64,000 bases of DNA. Source: Camelus ferus. Taxonomy: Eukaryota. Below, piece after piece: positions 14,104-27,354 of this stretch; position 1 is the first letter of the stretch; each line of letters opens with the position of its first letter. The stretch is taken from contig NC_045697.1 of NCBI RefSeq assembly GCF_009834535.1, positions 22,322,001 to 22,386,000 on the forward strand. The letters run 5' to 3'. The translations under genes and the position numbers were made by a program. A model generated the notes under the pieces. It was not told where the DNA came from, made no database searches, and saw nothing but the letters and a program-made list of their open reading frames with translations.

Positions 14104-17100
14104 ATTTTGTGATAAATTAGAACACTATTTAGGAAACTTAACCCCTTTGTTGTAGCCCTGGGTAACACTTACTTGCATAACTGTAAATTTCCCCAAGCTT
14201 TTGGGTATTTAGAGGATCACAGACTGCTTGTCTAAGTCAGTGATTTCTACCTTCTCCATGATCTGCTATGTGCTTACCTTTCTAATCTTCCTAAATCCCC
14301 TAGTCAAAAGGCGGGGATCTTTAGGTCATTTATTTAAAAAAAAAAAAAAAGCCAAGTCTAACTCAGTACACACTTCTGGATCTCATCTGCTCACACCTGA
14401 ACTTTACTGACTACAATAATAGTTTTCCAATAAAAAGTTGTATTTAATCATTTTTTTTCCTCAGATCTATTATATAAGGCAAAAATAAATCATTTTCTGA
14501 CAGCTATTTTAAGATAAAGCACTTGATGTAATCATCTTAGTGAAAGAGATATTTTCATTTGGATTAAAGAAAATAAAGGTAATGTTAAAATACTTGTTGG
14601 AAAATCAACAAAATTTGTTTTTCTTATTTTTGTTCATCCTTCTGTAAAACCCTTTCATAGTCCACCAGATTCCACCAGAATTAGGTGTATCTCTAGAAAA
14701 AGAAATCTTCTGATAACAGGAAGTCAAGATATATACAAAGAAAAATAAACAGTTGAAAAAGAAAAAAGGGAAGAGGTGCCTATTTGTGCTTTTTTCTCTC
14801 CCGAAGAAGAGAGTAACACAATTTTTATTTGCAAAATTTTGTCAAATACTGTTAAGAATGTGCTAAGTGCACAAGAAAGACATGAATGTCGGAGATGTCT
14901 ACATGCTGATTAACAATCCATTTATCTCATGGGGTCAGGGAATTAAGTAGTTTGTATATTAAAGAAAGAAGCAATTATGCATATAGCTTTAAATATCTGA
15001 GCTTAAGACAAACAAAAGAAAAGCTCATTGGAAGTGTTTTAAAACTAAGGGCAACATTTTCATGCCTTCTTTTAGGAAATGGAAATATCCTTGTATCTTC
15101 CAGCCCCAAACCCAGAATAGGATTCTGGCAAAAGGCGTAACTCAGTCTATCAAAATCTTTACTGGTGCAGAGCTATCTTTAAGAGCCTTAATGATTCCAG
15201 GGCTCTCCTATAATAACTGATGCCTCTAAGGTTTCTGGATGGTGTAGGACAGCTTCTGGAAACTTCAAATGCCTCCGTAAATCTGGGCTTTCCTTTTTAC
15301 TTCTAATGATGCTACGTATTGTCTATTACTTCTTGCTGAGGTCGCTGTAAGAGTATCTCACCACCACTTGTCTACCCTGCCTCATAAGAACAAATGCACT
15401 TCATTTTAGAGAAAGAACATGACTTCTTAAATTTGTTATAATTTTCTCCACTTTGGGAAAAGCATAGTTTTAAGAAGGTTGAATTTTTATTTCGTTAAGT
15501 AGTAAAATGGGTGACTTTGAGGCATCTGTTTCCCGGGCTGCTCAGATAATTTTTTTTTGTATTTCTTTGAAGATTGTAGCCTTTCCTTATGGCTTTGGGT
15601 AGCAGTAACTGACCTCTAAATAACCCTGCTGTTACATTTTAAGAAGGAGTGATATGGTGTTATGGGAAACACTAAAGTGAAAGTCATAACACTCGCTCTT
15701 TGGCCTCAGCTCTCTGAGAGTCTGGACCCCTCACTGCGTCCGTCTTCCTTACTGTTGGGTTGAGGTGATAAGTAAAAGGGATGAAGTGTGGGGAAGTATT
15801 TTATACGTTATAACTTGTTTGCTAATATGACAGCTTTAAACCATGTACTTTCAAGAGGGAAATTAACATTATCTCTATGAAAGGACTTCAACTTTTCAGA
15901 GTGATGTAATGTTTCTAGTAAATAGCATAACCAGGTGAAAATGGAAAACTCTGCAATTAATGCTAAAGGGACAGCAAGATCTGATGAATACTACTTCTTT
16001 CAGTTTTCTCAAGATTTGATCTGACTGAGTGTGTGTGTGCGTCGTGTGTCGGGGGACCTCTAAGGAGCTGACTTTGTTATGGAAAATACTGCTGGAGAGT
16101 TGCATTATGTATCAATAAGAACATTTTACTTTTTGAATTGATTTACTCAATACCAACTGAAAAGGGTTGTGATTAACTGTTTTCCGTCTTCACTAAAGTT
16201 AAAAATTCAACGGAAGAGTACTCAACTAAAGTGTGATATAATGTTCTTAGGTATCAAAAACACATCCTTCAAGGAAAGACTGAAAGACTCAGAGGGATTA
16301 AAATGGAAGATCTGCTTTTATAATCCCACAACAAATGGAATATTTTAAGAGTTTATCATTTATGGAAGGGAGAAAGATGTGTATCTGACGATTCTGTAAG
16401 ACCCTATGTAATTTCTCTGTTTTAAAAGATGTATAACATCTACTTACAGAATTAAAATAAGAAAGTACAGAAACACAGAAAAGTACTATTCCACTCATGC
16501 CTTCCCTTAATAGGTTGCATCATAATATAAATTGCATTTGTTAATCATTGGCATTTCTTTTGAGGATTCATTTGACTCATCAAGGTTGGAAGTTTTGATT
16601 GCTTGTGATGAATCTCTTATAGCCTTTCTTGATTATTTTCTAAATTTGATGACAAACACTGCAACATGTCTCAGCCAATTAGGCTTGTCAACTTCTACTG
16701 TGGTCCCCAATCAAGTCTTTGACTTTGGAAATGACAAGAGATCCTTATTAAAAGTCAAGCTTCTTGGATAGAGATGTGGCAGCCCACATGTGGCTGATGG
16801 CAGAGAAGACAAGCTGCCTTTCATTAAAAGCAATAAGAGGAAACCAGTTTTAGCAGGCAATAATCCAGACTATGAAGTAAAAGCTGAGGGAAGGAATTGA
16901 AGATTATCTCACTCCTAGGTGATTGGAAATTTAGTCAATCTCTATGAATATAATATTTTATGAGCTATAGGAAATTCAGGTACACAAGTTAAGGACAGCA
17001 GGTAAGGAGAGGTGCTAGAGTCTTCATATAGGTCTATCAGCTCTTTATAAATGCATCTCAAAGAGAAAAAAAGTGCCAAGAATTTCAAACCAGAAATACA

Positions 17101-19354
17101 GATTAATCCCCGAAAAGCAGCAACCTGTGTAAGTCATTGTATAAGGAAACTGTCACATGTTTGATACTTAAGTAAACTGAGAGATGATGGGAGACCATTC
17201 TGGATCCCTTCAGCAGGGAATGACAATTACGTTCTTAGAGATTTTTCCTATTTTGGTAGCTAAATTTCTGATTATTGTCTTGTGTCCTTGATAGGCACTG
17301 TTATAAGAGAAAAAGAAAAGTTTGAACTTGTTAAAGCAATAAAGAAAGAAAAAAAAAAAAGGACTGTTTGGAATACAATGTAGATCTTATCTTACACTCT
17401 GCATTTTTATAAGGTTTTTCTTTCTTCCTATTCAAAACATTTAGGTCAGCTTCAAATATACAAAGTATCCCAAGATCGGAAATATTCCCAAAGAACTTAG
17501 TTTGCTGAATTAAACTAACTAGATTACAAAGCAATTCATAAAATTTGTCAATAGTTTGATTTTTTTAATGTATCTCAAATATGTGCTTGAGAGACAGAAG
17601 GAATTTAGCATAAAAAGTAAATAGGAAAGTACCTTTTATTTTTCTTTTGATGATAAAATTGATAGGATCTTCCCAACTGAGAGTCAAGCAGCAACATGTA
17701 CAACTACATAAATAACTATTTTTGCATTTTACCTTTGGAAAAGAGAAAAATAATTCTAGATTTCCTGTGAAGAACACTGGCATTTCCTTGCTGAACTCTG
17801 AGCACACAGCATAAAAATCTCTGGCCACAGTGGTTCAAAAAAACAATGGGCTGACAAATAACAATACTTCAGTTATCCATCCATCACTGAAAAATAAAGA
17901 TGCAATGTTGGACTGGCTTGATTTAGAAACTTTGGCAAAGTAAAAGTTCTAAAATATACTACACAAATGGTAACCAAATAGGAAAATCATTAGAAACTAC
18001 AGTGGATGGTGTGTGGAGACAAAAGCAGAGAGTGTAACTATATTGGGAATAATTTAAATTACCCTCTTTTCTATTTTAAACCAAATTTACCCAGGATGCA
18101 TTTGCAAATCTAACTGATTTCATTTGTTGTGAATATATTTGCAGAGGTTAAATTTTGTCAGTCCTTTTAGTCCCAAGCTTTGCAATAAAATGATACCATA
18201 TGATAGCACAGTCATATTACGTTCTTTTGTTTGCCTATAAAAGGAACTATAAAATATATTAAATAAAACCCTAGAGGTTATTTTCTTAGAATCTGTTGAG
18301 GTGAAGCAGGTTTTTCTCTCTCTCACTCTCTTTCTCAAAGAAAAACAAAATCTGTTAAAAAATTTTTATAATAGAAAATATAAAACTATTGTCCAAAGAC
18401 AGACCATATATAATGATTTTAATTACACATACAAGTAAATCTTAACTGCCATCTTTAATCCTGATCCCTGAGAACTCTCTAGATATAACTTAGCTTTATA
18501 AAAATCGAAGACAATTCCACATTCCATTAGGCAACACCATTAATTAGGAGGACATGCCATTTCATCCAAATTGTAGACACTTGACTCGATTTACCCAATA
18601 CATTGCATTTCACATAATATTTCCATTCAGCAAACACACTGGCAAATGTATTTCTACATGAACACTCAGGGGACTATCCTACAGCACATGTTAGGTCATT
18701 AACATGGTGGGGGGGAGGGGGTGTGGGCTAGGCGGGTAGGTGGTACTGTAAGTATGCTCACACCTGTAATCCACCTGTACTGTGCCTTTTTAAACTTTTG
18801 AACCACATAATGTGTTGTCAGTTCAGGTACTCCTTTTGAATCACCCTGATGTTTTAGAATGTATTTTAAAATATAAGGTTTTGCATATTTGCATTCTATG
18901 AATAATGTATAAGCAGGAAGGAATCCAATTGGCAAAGGTACATGATTTCTGGGATAATTTATAAATCCAGAAAATTATCTATTTGGGTTTAATAACTTTT
19001 CTTCTGCGTGTGGAAAAATTTATACCTATACAAACAGACACACATACTTTATTTCTGCTTGAGAGTATACACACGTCCCTGTCCTGCAACAAATGCATAT
19101 ATACCTGTCTGTTCTACAGACCTAAATTTTATCTGTCCATTCCTCTCTTTCTATAATATGTGATGCTTTTGCAAAACCTTATCTTTAATGGATGTGAAAT
19201 AAAAACTGTTCTATGGGATGATGAATTGCAGGGTGTTGGGAAAAAAGGGAAATAATATGCTAAAGGAAATATATACGTAATATAACATTATGTTCATGTA
19301 TGTCCCCCCTTCCAATTTCATAAAGGTCAGGAAAGCCTTTTGAGAAATGGCCAG

Positions 19355-19384
19355 CTTTAACGGCTCCCTCTCCTTGGCTTTCAG
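19355..19384 (+). promoter_or_regulatory. PCDH7: Branch point, polypyrimidine tract and 3' splice acceptor
   Basis: ctttaAc (branch A ~19360), ctccctctccttggctttcag; the phase gives an open frame into the downstream ORF. Confidence 0.88.
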
Positions 19385-19761
19385 ATTCAAGACCTCTTCC
19401 AGATGTAGCCCTGACCGGGAAGTGTACCCGCGAGTGTGATGAGTACGGCCACTCCGACTCCTGCTGGATGCCAGTCCGCACTTCTCCGGAGAGGAAGAAG
19501 AGCCAGCCCAAACTCTCCACTTTCATGCCTGTCGATGAACGAGGAAGCCAGGAAAAGCTGGCCAACGGCGAGGCCGCCATCATGGGCGACCGCAACAGAA
19601 ACCTCCTGAACAAAAAGTTAACCTCATCCTACGAGACCTTCAGTGCAGCTAGTTTCAGCAAAAATGAGGAAGCCAACACTGAGGATATTCCCCTTACCAA
19701 AACAGGGGAATACAAGCCATCTCCTGTCAACACTCTCACTAGAAGAGAAGTTTACCTGTAG
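19385..19761 (+). CDS. PCDH7: Protocadherin-7 terminal coding exon (cytoplasmic tail of the long isoform)
   Basis: After a split Asp codon it reads SRPLPDVALTGKCTRECDEYGHSDSCWMPVRTSPERKKSQPKLSTFMPVDERGSQEK...NTLTRREVYL*; contains the delta-protocadherin CM2 motif (CTREC..YGHSDSCWMP). The track ORF 19468-19761 is its 3' part. Confidence 0.96.
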
Positions 19762-22700
19762 GCTGTAAAGAAGCAACCACAAATTTCTTTTCACATATGA
19801 GAAGGAGAATAAAGGGGCAAAAAAAAAAAAACAAAAACAAAAACAAAAAAACTTACAAAGCAAAACCGTGTAATCACAAGAGGGGGCTACCAAAGAGACA
19901 GAGCTTTGCCCGCCACTTCTGCCTCCAGATCAGGCCGTTAGTGAGTGATACTGTGCAGCCTGATTGTAATGTACAATGTAGAAACCATCCTTGTTACTTG
20001 CATGTTTAACCCCCTCACCGATTCCCGACACCCGATCTCTCTTCCCCGCCCCCCTCCAAAAAACAAAACAGCAGCAACAACTACAGGAAGACGGTTGCAA
20101 GGTTCATTCCTGGTAACAAGCCTGATCAGCAGAACACAACGCACTCTCATTATCCCTAAGCTGAAGCATGATTTTAGTCACTTTGATTTAGTTCGAATGT
20201 CATCTGGTTGATCAAAAAGAGCAGTTCAGGTAAAAAAAAGTTTCAGACACGATCCGAATATGATTAATCACCATGGAAGGCAATCCCTCAAAAATGATAG
20301 AGTTCCTTTAAAGGTACAAACCTTAGGGAGGAGGACTCTATAAGAAGCCCTTGGGGGAAGATCACAGCTTTAATATTCCAACAAAGGCTGAGAGCTAAAC
20401 AACACCCAGTTGGAGATTGCAGTCCCAAATCAGCGTATGTCGTTTTTCTCAAGTCAGGAGCATCAACTTCAATCACATACATTTATTGAATATTCTTAGT
20501 ACATGCACAATCTTGACTACATGTATCAATTACACTAGTCGTAACTTGTAAAAATTATATATATATATTTCAGAACAGCATCACTATTATCAACTAACTG
20601 GAACAATTGTGTCATTAAAAGGCCAAAGATCATATGGCAGATCAGGGAAATCATGAAGTAAATTTGGTCTTGACATGGAAATCCATTAAGCAGCAAAAGC
20701 AACTGAACCCAGGCACCCACAGAAATCCTCATATGCTGGTTTATTTTACATAATCTCTATACCCAGAAAAACATGCATTTTCTTTTAAAATGGATTTTTG
20801 AAAGTTCAGAAAATGAAAAGTCAATGAGACATAGTTTTGGTATTATAATAGGCAATTAGTTGAGGTTAAAATTTAGTTTCAAAAATATTATCAGGAAAGA
20901 TTCTACTTTTTAAAATCATATCTGTGGGTAGGTAGAGAAGGAAAGATGCATTGGTGAATAGTCTTTAAATCCACTATTATCATTTTAGAATCCAAGTTAT
21001 GCTTGCTGGTCTTATTATCCATATTTCAAATTATCAAGTGCATTTTTACGTGTTCAGTGCACACTTCCATGTAACAAAAGTGCATTAATTTTGAATCCTG
21101 TGCAATTTGGCACTATTTCAAGACTCACAACTTTGAAGCAAGATGACACCCTAATTGACTTGTCACTAATGTGGTTGGAAGGTTATTTAATATATCTCTT
21201 AAAACCAGTCTAGACTGAACATGAAAGAAATGAGTTCTGGGCAGTGACATGTCTGGTGGTTTGCCCATCTCAAAGATGAGACATAGGCAGTTTTTTCAGT
21301 ATAATATAAAAAATTAAAAAAGAATATGCAGATTTTGAGTCACTGGCTCTATGGAGGATGATCTAATATGGTTGGAAATTGAGCTGGGACATTCAGACAA
21401 AAGTGACAATCCAGGGACAAACTAGGGGATAACAGGTGAAGAGAGTAAACGTTCCAGTCACTGAATGTTTGGAATAAGACGTAGCCTTGACGGCTCTCTA
21501 GCGAACTGTAGAAATAATGTAGCTTTGGGTAGTTTCATGCTTTGCAGTATTTCTTAGTCAACAAGGTGAAGCAGCCTGGAATGAAGGTTGTTAATTCACT
21601 CTAGGTCATCAATGCTTATCTTTGAAAATCACTTCTCTGTTTGGTGGGGTGTTCTTCCTGGGTCATTTCCTTATGCTCTCTCTTAAACGGAGTTTTCATT
21701 TTGATGTTAGTTTATGTATAATAGCTAGGATGAAAGAAGATATGTAATTGAAGAAACAAAAACATTGGACTAAAATATCAATAATTGAACATGTTTATGT
21801 TTGATTATTATTTACATTATGGAAAGATGCAATTGTAGTACTTTGTTAGGAAACTGCATTAAAGCAGTTCTGCCTTGTATAATCTGTAAGTACCTATTAA
21901 GACAAAATACTTCTAAAGATACTTATGAAATGTATACATATTTTTCTTGCACGTTACAAAAGAAATATTCAATTGCTTAACACAGGTGTTCAACAGATTC
22001 TTTTAATGCATTTTTTTTCTTTGTTTCATGAGACACTTGAAGCATTTAGATAGCTCACTTCATTCTATCTTAAAACCCTTCTGTTGTCTATGAAGCTAAT
22101 ACGGGTCATACGGGACCTTTGGATTAATTGGATCCACATTCCCCAATGACGTTTGCACCACATTCAAGACAGCCATGTTATTGTCATTTAACTCGTGAGC
22201 CTCTTTAGAACTAAAATGGGTGTGAAAGAATAAAATTCAGTGTACTGTAAGTATTCGCAGTAATTCTAGTAGAATTAGCTATCATAACATGTTTATTATT
22301 ATAATGAGCTGGCATGACACAGAAATATATTTTGTGTTTGTATGACTTTTATTTTGAGTAGGTTAAATCTGGTGCCACTCCATATATAGAGTGCTTTTGA
22401 AAAAAATCAATAAAAAAGAACAAAAAAAAAAAATAAATGAGTGAATGCAAAATAAGCAACTGTGCCTTTTATACCTGTTATTATGGTAGAAAAACGGTTG
22501 TTGGGTTTGGACAATGAGGGGAAATGGGCTATTCCCAACTTTTTTGATCCTGTATATTTATCCATGTTTATTTTCTGAAAATAGTAAATAATATATTAAA
22601 AATTTGCCTTCTGACAAACTCAGATAGTGGACCAGTCTTAAATATCATTCATTCATAAAACAAAATCAAGGCATTAATATGGGCTTCTTAATTCCAACTA

Positions 22701-23695
22701 GAAGGCTAAAGCATTTATTGTAATAGTAAAACAGAGAGAATCAGGGTGAAGTCAGTCCATTTTGCAAGGTAAAATACTGATTTACCATTTCTATTCTTTC
22801 TTCTTTTTGTTATTTTTCTTTTAGCTGCTGTCTCATTTTGGTTGTACAGTATATAAACCATAACTGTTTCCTGTGCACAAGAAGCTCAGTGAACTTTGCA
22901 TGCATTATACATTAGGACACACTTATAAATTGAGTAACTATATACATTTCAGCGTATTAAAACGTCTGTAGCTTCAGTCTAAAACCTAAGGTTCATTCTG
23001 AACCTCCAGATACCATTTCTGTACAGTTTCTGACTGGCCTGCTGCCTGAGTTTCAGAAAACAAGGGAGGCATTATTTTTATGGGAAGAAAAATTAAGATG
23101 GTACTGAAGATGTCTGGCTGAAAGGCTACCCTAGGAAGCTGTCCTATAGGAAAATAAAACACAAAGAGCAGAAGAAACTGCTAAGAATCAAACAGCTGTC
23201 CTAAAACAGGCACGAGAAATCTGAAGACATCAGTAGTTTTAGGTATATTGTATCAGTGATAAATATGCAATGTGTTCTTAAGGGGAAAAAAAAAAGGAAA
23301 AGAAAAGAAAAGAGTGAAGATGATCATGAGTAAAGTAAAGATCAGTTGTGACCTGGGCGGAGGTATATATAACATCCGGAGGAAGGCATCATTTTTTCAG
23401 CTACCTAGGGTTTACTTTCAGATGACTTTTCCTACGTTTTAAAGCACTTGCATTCAGTGTGGTACGATCCGTTTGTAATGTTAATCATTGACTATTGTTC
23501 TGCTACTTGGATGTTGATAGTGAAGCAGAGAACAATTTATCATCGTTTATTACGAGTCACTATGCACGTAACTATGCTAAACATGGCGAAATGTATTAAA
23601 CACTCGTCCAAATATTTATGAAATACTTTACATAATTTAATTTGCTTTTGTACAGTTTTATGTAAATAAATTGCTTGTCATTTTTGTCTCTGCAA
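19762..23695 (+). other. PCDH7: PCDH7 3' UTR (~3.9 kb, end approximate)
   Basis: Follows the TAG stop; no recognisable transposons; AU-rich; ends near AATAAA 23665-23670 with U/GU-rich sequence after it. Confidence 0.75.
23665..23670 (+). terminator. PCDH7: Probable distal polyadenylation signal AATAAA
   Basis: Canonical hexamer with upstream TGTA motifs, at the end of a CpG-retaining block. Confidence 0.7.
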
Positions 23696-26600
23696 ATTAA
23701 AATATAACATGGTCAAATGGTTTAACACTTGTAAGTGTACTTCTCTGTTGACAGGTAATTCCGTTTTGATCGGACGAGAAGTGAATGGATGCATGGACCA
23801 GTTTGATTTAGAATGGCTTGATTTCTGCTAAACTAAGATGGAGTAAGGAAGATGATGCTGCAGTAATTGTTAATTCTGAGGGCACTGGGCATAACTGTTA
23901 TATTACTTTGCCTTATAATGGAGGAGAACTTAGATTCTTCAGTTTCACCAAAATAATTCCTGAGATAGTTACCCAGCTGGCTTTGAAATCTTAAGTGTAC
24001 AGTAAAAGAACTTATCAGTAATGTAAAGATTGATTTTTTTTTTTTAGGTGTCATCTTGAGAAATTTCACATTTCAGATAAAATTAATTCTGAGTCAAAAT
24101 TATCTTTGTAAAGGAAATGTTTGTTTTTAATATAAAATAATGATGAGTACAAAAAAGTTAGACACTAAGAAAATGACCTTATCTCATGTGAGAGATAGAG
24201 AAAAAAACTTGAAGCAAAAACTAGAATTTTTACCTGACTCATTTTTTTTCTTTAGCTGGACTTTCTCTACTGTTTATATTTTTTTCAATCATTTACTATC
24301 TTTCTCTCTCTCTTTTTTAAGTAATTGTGTTTACTCTTTATTGTCAGATTATAACCCTAACCATAGCAGTTATCTTCTTTGTTTATTAAATTGTTATCTA
24401 TTCAAACAAGCAACTTCTCTTCCCCAACCCAACTCAGAGATTTAAAAAGAGAAAGGAAATACTTTCTATAGAAACTAACTGACTGAAAGGAAGTTTTGCC
24501 CTATCTCACAACAGTATTTCTAGAACCCACCAATGTGAAAAAAAATTGGAATTCTAAAGATGCTTGCCTTGAAGTGTCTCTACCATTTTTCCTTCTCTTG
24601 ATTGAAAATTCAAGATACTTTATCTAGAATGACACATTCTTTCTTAACTCAAAGATATCTTTGTGAATTGATTTTGGCTGGAAGTCTTCCTTCCCTCAAG
24701 AAGGAATTAAGGGTGAGGTATGATGAGAAAGTCTGCCTCAAGTTGTAATGAGGTGAACAAATGACAAATAACACGTGCGTTCATTTGGCTTTGCACTCAT
24801 CTAATGATGGGAACCAAACACCAGTACATAAATCATTAGAAGAGAACATAAAACAAAATCACTATGTGTTTTTCTTCTAAATTCTCTATTTAGATTTGAC
24901 GAATATACATTACTCTTTAGCCTGAGATTAGATTCTTTGGTTAAAATATCTTTTAAGCTCTCAAACATGTACAAATACAGCGATCCATTTTAGAAATAAG
25001 ATATACATAAAGAAGGTCAACAAAAATTGTGTATATTGCTTCCAGGACTTAGGTCTGATTATCTCTCCTCCTCTGATTTGTTGAAGAGTTCCATCTAGTT
25101 CCTCAGAAGCTTGACTTAGCACAAGTACATATGTAGCACCCATTATGGTTTACAAGTGTTTTTATAAGATTGACTGCAAAATTCCCATAATATCTGTGAT
25201 ATAAGCTGAAGAATCTATTAGAAGAGCCATGTATGAAGGATATTACTTTCATTATATTTTTCTTCGATTGAAATCAAATTGAACACAAAGTTCTGCTACT
25301 ATTAGCATTTTCTCTCTACTAGCTTAGGTACCAATGAAATCATTTTGCATGATTTAGCAGAATGACGAGGAAGAGGAACGCTCCTCCACTCACCTGAATA
25401 AAATAGGCATTTGGTAAAGTGGGAATGAGGGTCACTAATTATTCAGATTGTTAGGTAATTTTCTTCACTTAACTTTGCACGACATACCCTGGCAGTAACT
25501 GTAACTTGTTTTTGGGTTTCTCGCAGGACATTGTAGACCTTGAAAACATCATAGCCTGATTTTCCTGCTGAAACCCTTGCCCTGATCCACCAGGCAATGA
25601 GGACTCTTTGCCTTTGGCTGGCTGAATAGTCAGTCAAGGTTCGGGGACTATTGAATGATCACAACCAACAGTCAGCACTATCAAAATTGACCAGATAATT
25701 GTAGAATCCCCAAACTTACTTTGGCTTCAGTGGGCTGATTTCACAAAGAAATCTGTTTATTGAGATTTTGTTTCGTACTTTTTCTGTCTTTACATTTAAC
25801 CTTTTTGTGTCCTCATCTCAAAGTCCATTGCCATACTCTGAGAAGTTTATTTGCTCCGTGTTTTCCCTTCCAGGAGCAAACCTAGTATCCCATGAGATGG
25901 TGGGGATGTTAGGTAGCTAAGCGAGAACTAGAGGATTTGCAACCCAATCAGCTTTATTTTAATGGAAATTTACAATATCACTACTTGAGTTCTTAGGAGG
26001 CAGAGTGAATGGGGACTGAACTTTTGTTTATTTTCTCTTATCTTTATCCCGACTCTAATACTTGTTTATAAAACTGCATGGAGGAAGGTGATTAACCAAG
26101 ATAATACAAATTTTCTAAGCTGCAGGGAGTGAGGAGAGGATATGAATGTAAAATGTGAAAAGCTAAAAATGTATGTTCTTCTTTAGCCTTAACTTTATTA
26201 TTATTTTTCCTGTCACGCTGCTCTTAAATGTAAATTTTATTCATTGGTTGAATTTAATATGTGTGACCCACAAAGAAATAATTTTGTCTGTTTACTGAAC
26301 CTCCTGGGGGAAGACGTAGAAGATGCTCAATTGTTCATAAAAGTAAAATTTGCCCCCAACACTCTCAGATGATGCTAGGCCAAAATTAGAGTTTACTTGT
26401 GATATTCCGTTTTATTCTTTTCTACTAAAAGTTATGACTCAATTGATTAACACCAAAAAGGTCATAAGAAAGATGAATGAGGTCAACAGAGAAATGCAGA
26501 TACAATCTTAGAGATTAGAATAGGCTTGAAAAATAAAAATGTTAATCAAGGTGCCTAACATTTAAAAAAAAATCATCCATTAAAATAAACACCTGGATGA

Positions 26601-27354
26601 GCAATCCAAAGAAGGAGATAAAAACAAGATGTTTTATTTTGGTAATTTAATTGAAAGTACATTACAGCATCTCAGACTTAGTAAAATTCATAGAAACTTG
26701 ATAGGATAATGTCAGTTTTTTTCTAAGTGTGTTTTATGCAATAGTACATGGAATATTTTTATTACAGTTTTATGGATTGTTGTAAAAGTTTGACCATGTA
26801 TTTAGACCATTTTATAATACATTTATGAAAAGTAAGTCAGAGCAAAAAATACTAGGAAAAAGTAAAGAAATAAGGTAAGTAGATGGCTAGGTCATTTACT
26901 TATAGTTTTAACAACGTCCTTTAAGAGAGAAACAATTATTTGAGTATTTTTCCAGACCCTATGGTGAAGGTGGATTATATTAGAATGATATTTCTTCAGC
27001 TGAAATTTGTGATCCAGTAAGAGACCACAGAGCTTTAGAATTCCAGGTAATCTACACGAATTTTTAAAGTTTTGAGTTTTATTAAGACTGTGATCAAAGT
27101 AATACTTCAGCATAAATAGTTTTCAGTAATAATTCTCAGTTGAAGCTGAATTTAATAGAATAAAATGTACATTTGTAAGTCAGTATTTATCCATCAATTG
27201 TGTGAATGATTATATTCTCTGGAGTCCAAAGGGAATTTTTGGTTTTCTTTACAGAGGTTCGTATTTTACTCAGTTGTGAGAAAAATCAAATCAGAGATTT
27301 GGATAAGAAGCAAAGCCCCTTAAACAACGTGAATGATTGAACTAGGAGACACCA

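Larger units (their letters stand above)
1..19384 (+). other. PCDH7: 3' portion of the last intron of PCDH7
   Basis: No credible exon upstream of the acceptor at 19383-19384; repeat-containing AT-rich sequence; the upstream exon must lie outside the window. Confidence 0.8.

Noticed and set aside
15650..15830. Possible MIR remnant
   Set aside because: Core motif missing; too degenerate to call.
19260..19613. 117-aa minus-strand ORF over the PCDH7 exon
   Set aside because: Antisense shadow of the real coding exon; no independent support.
19468..19761. 97-aa ORF as a stand-alone small gene
   Set aside because: The Met is internal to the CM2 motif; the frame stays open upstream to a strong splice acceptor.
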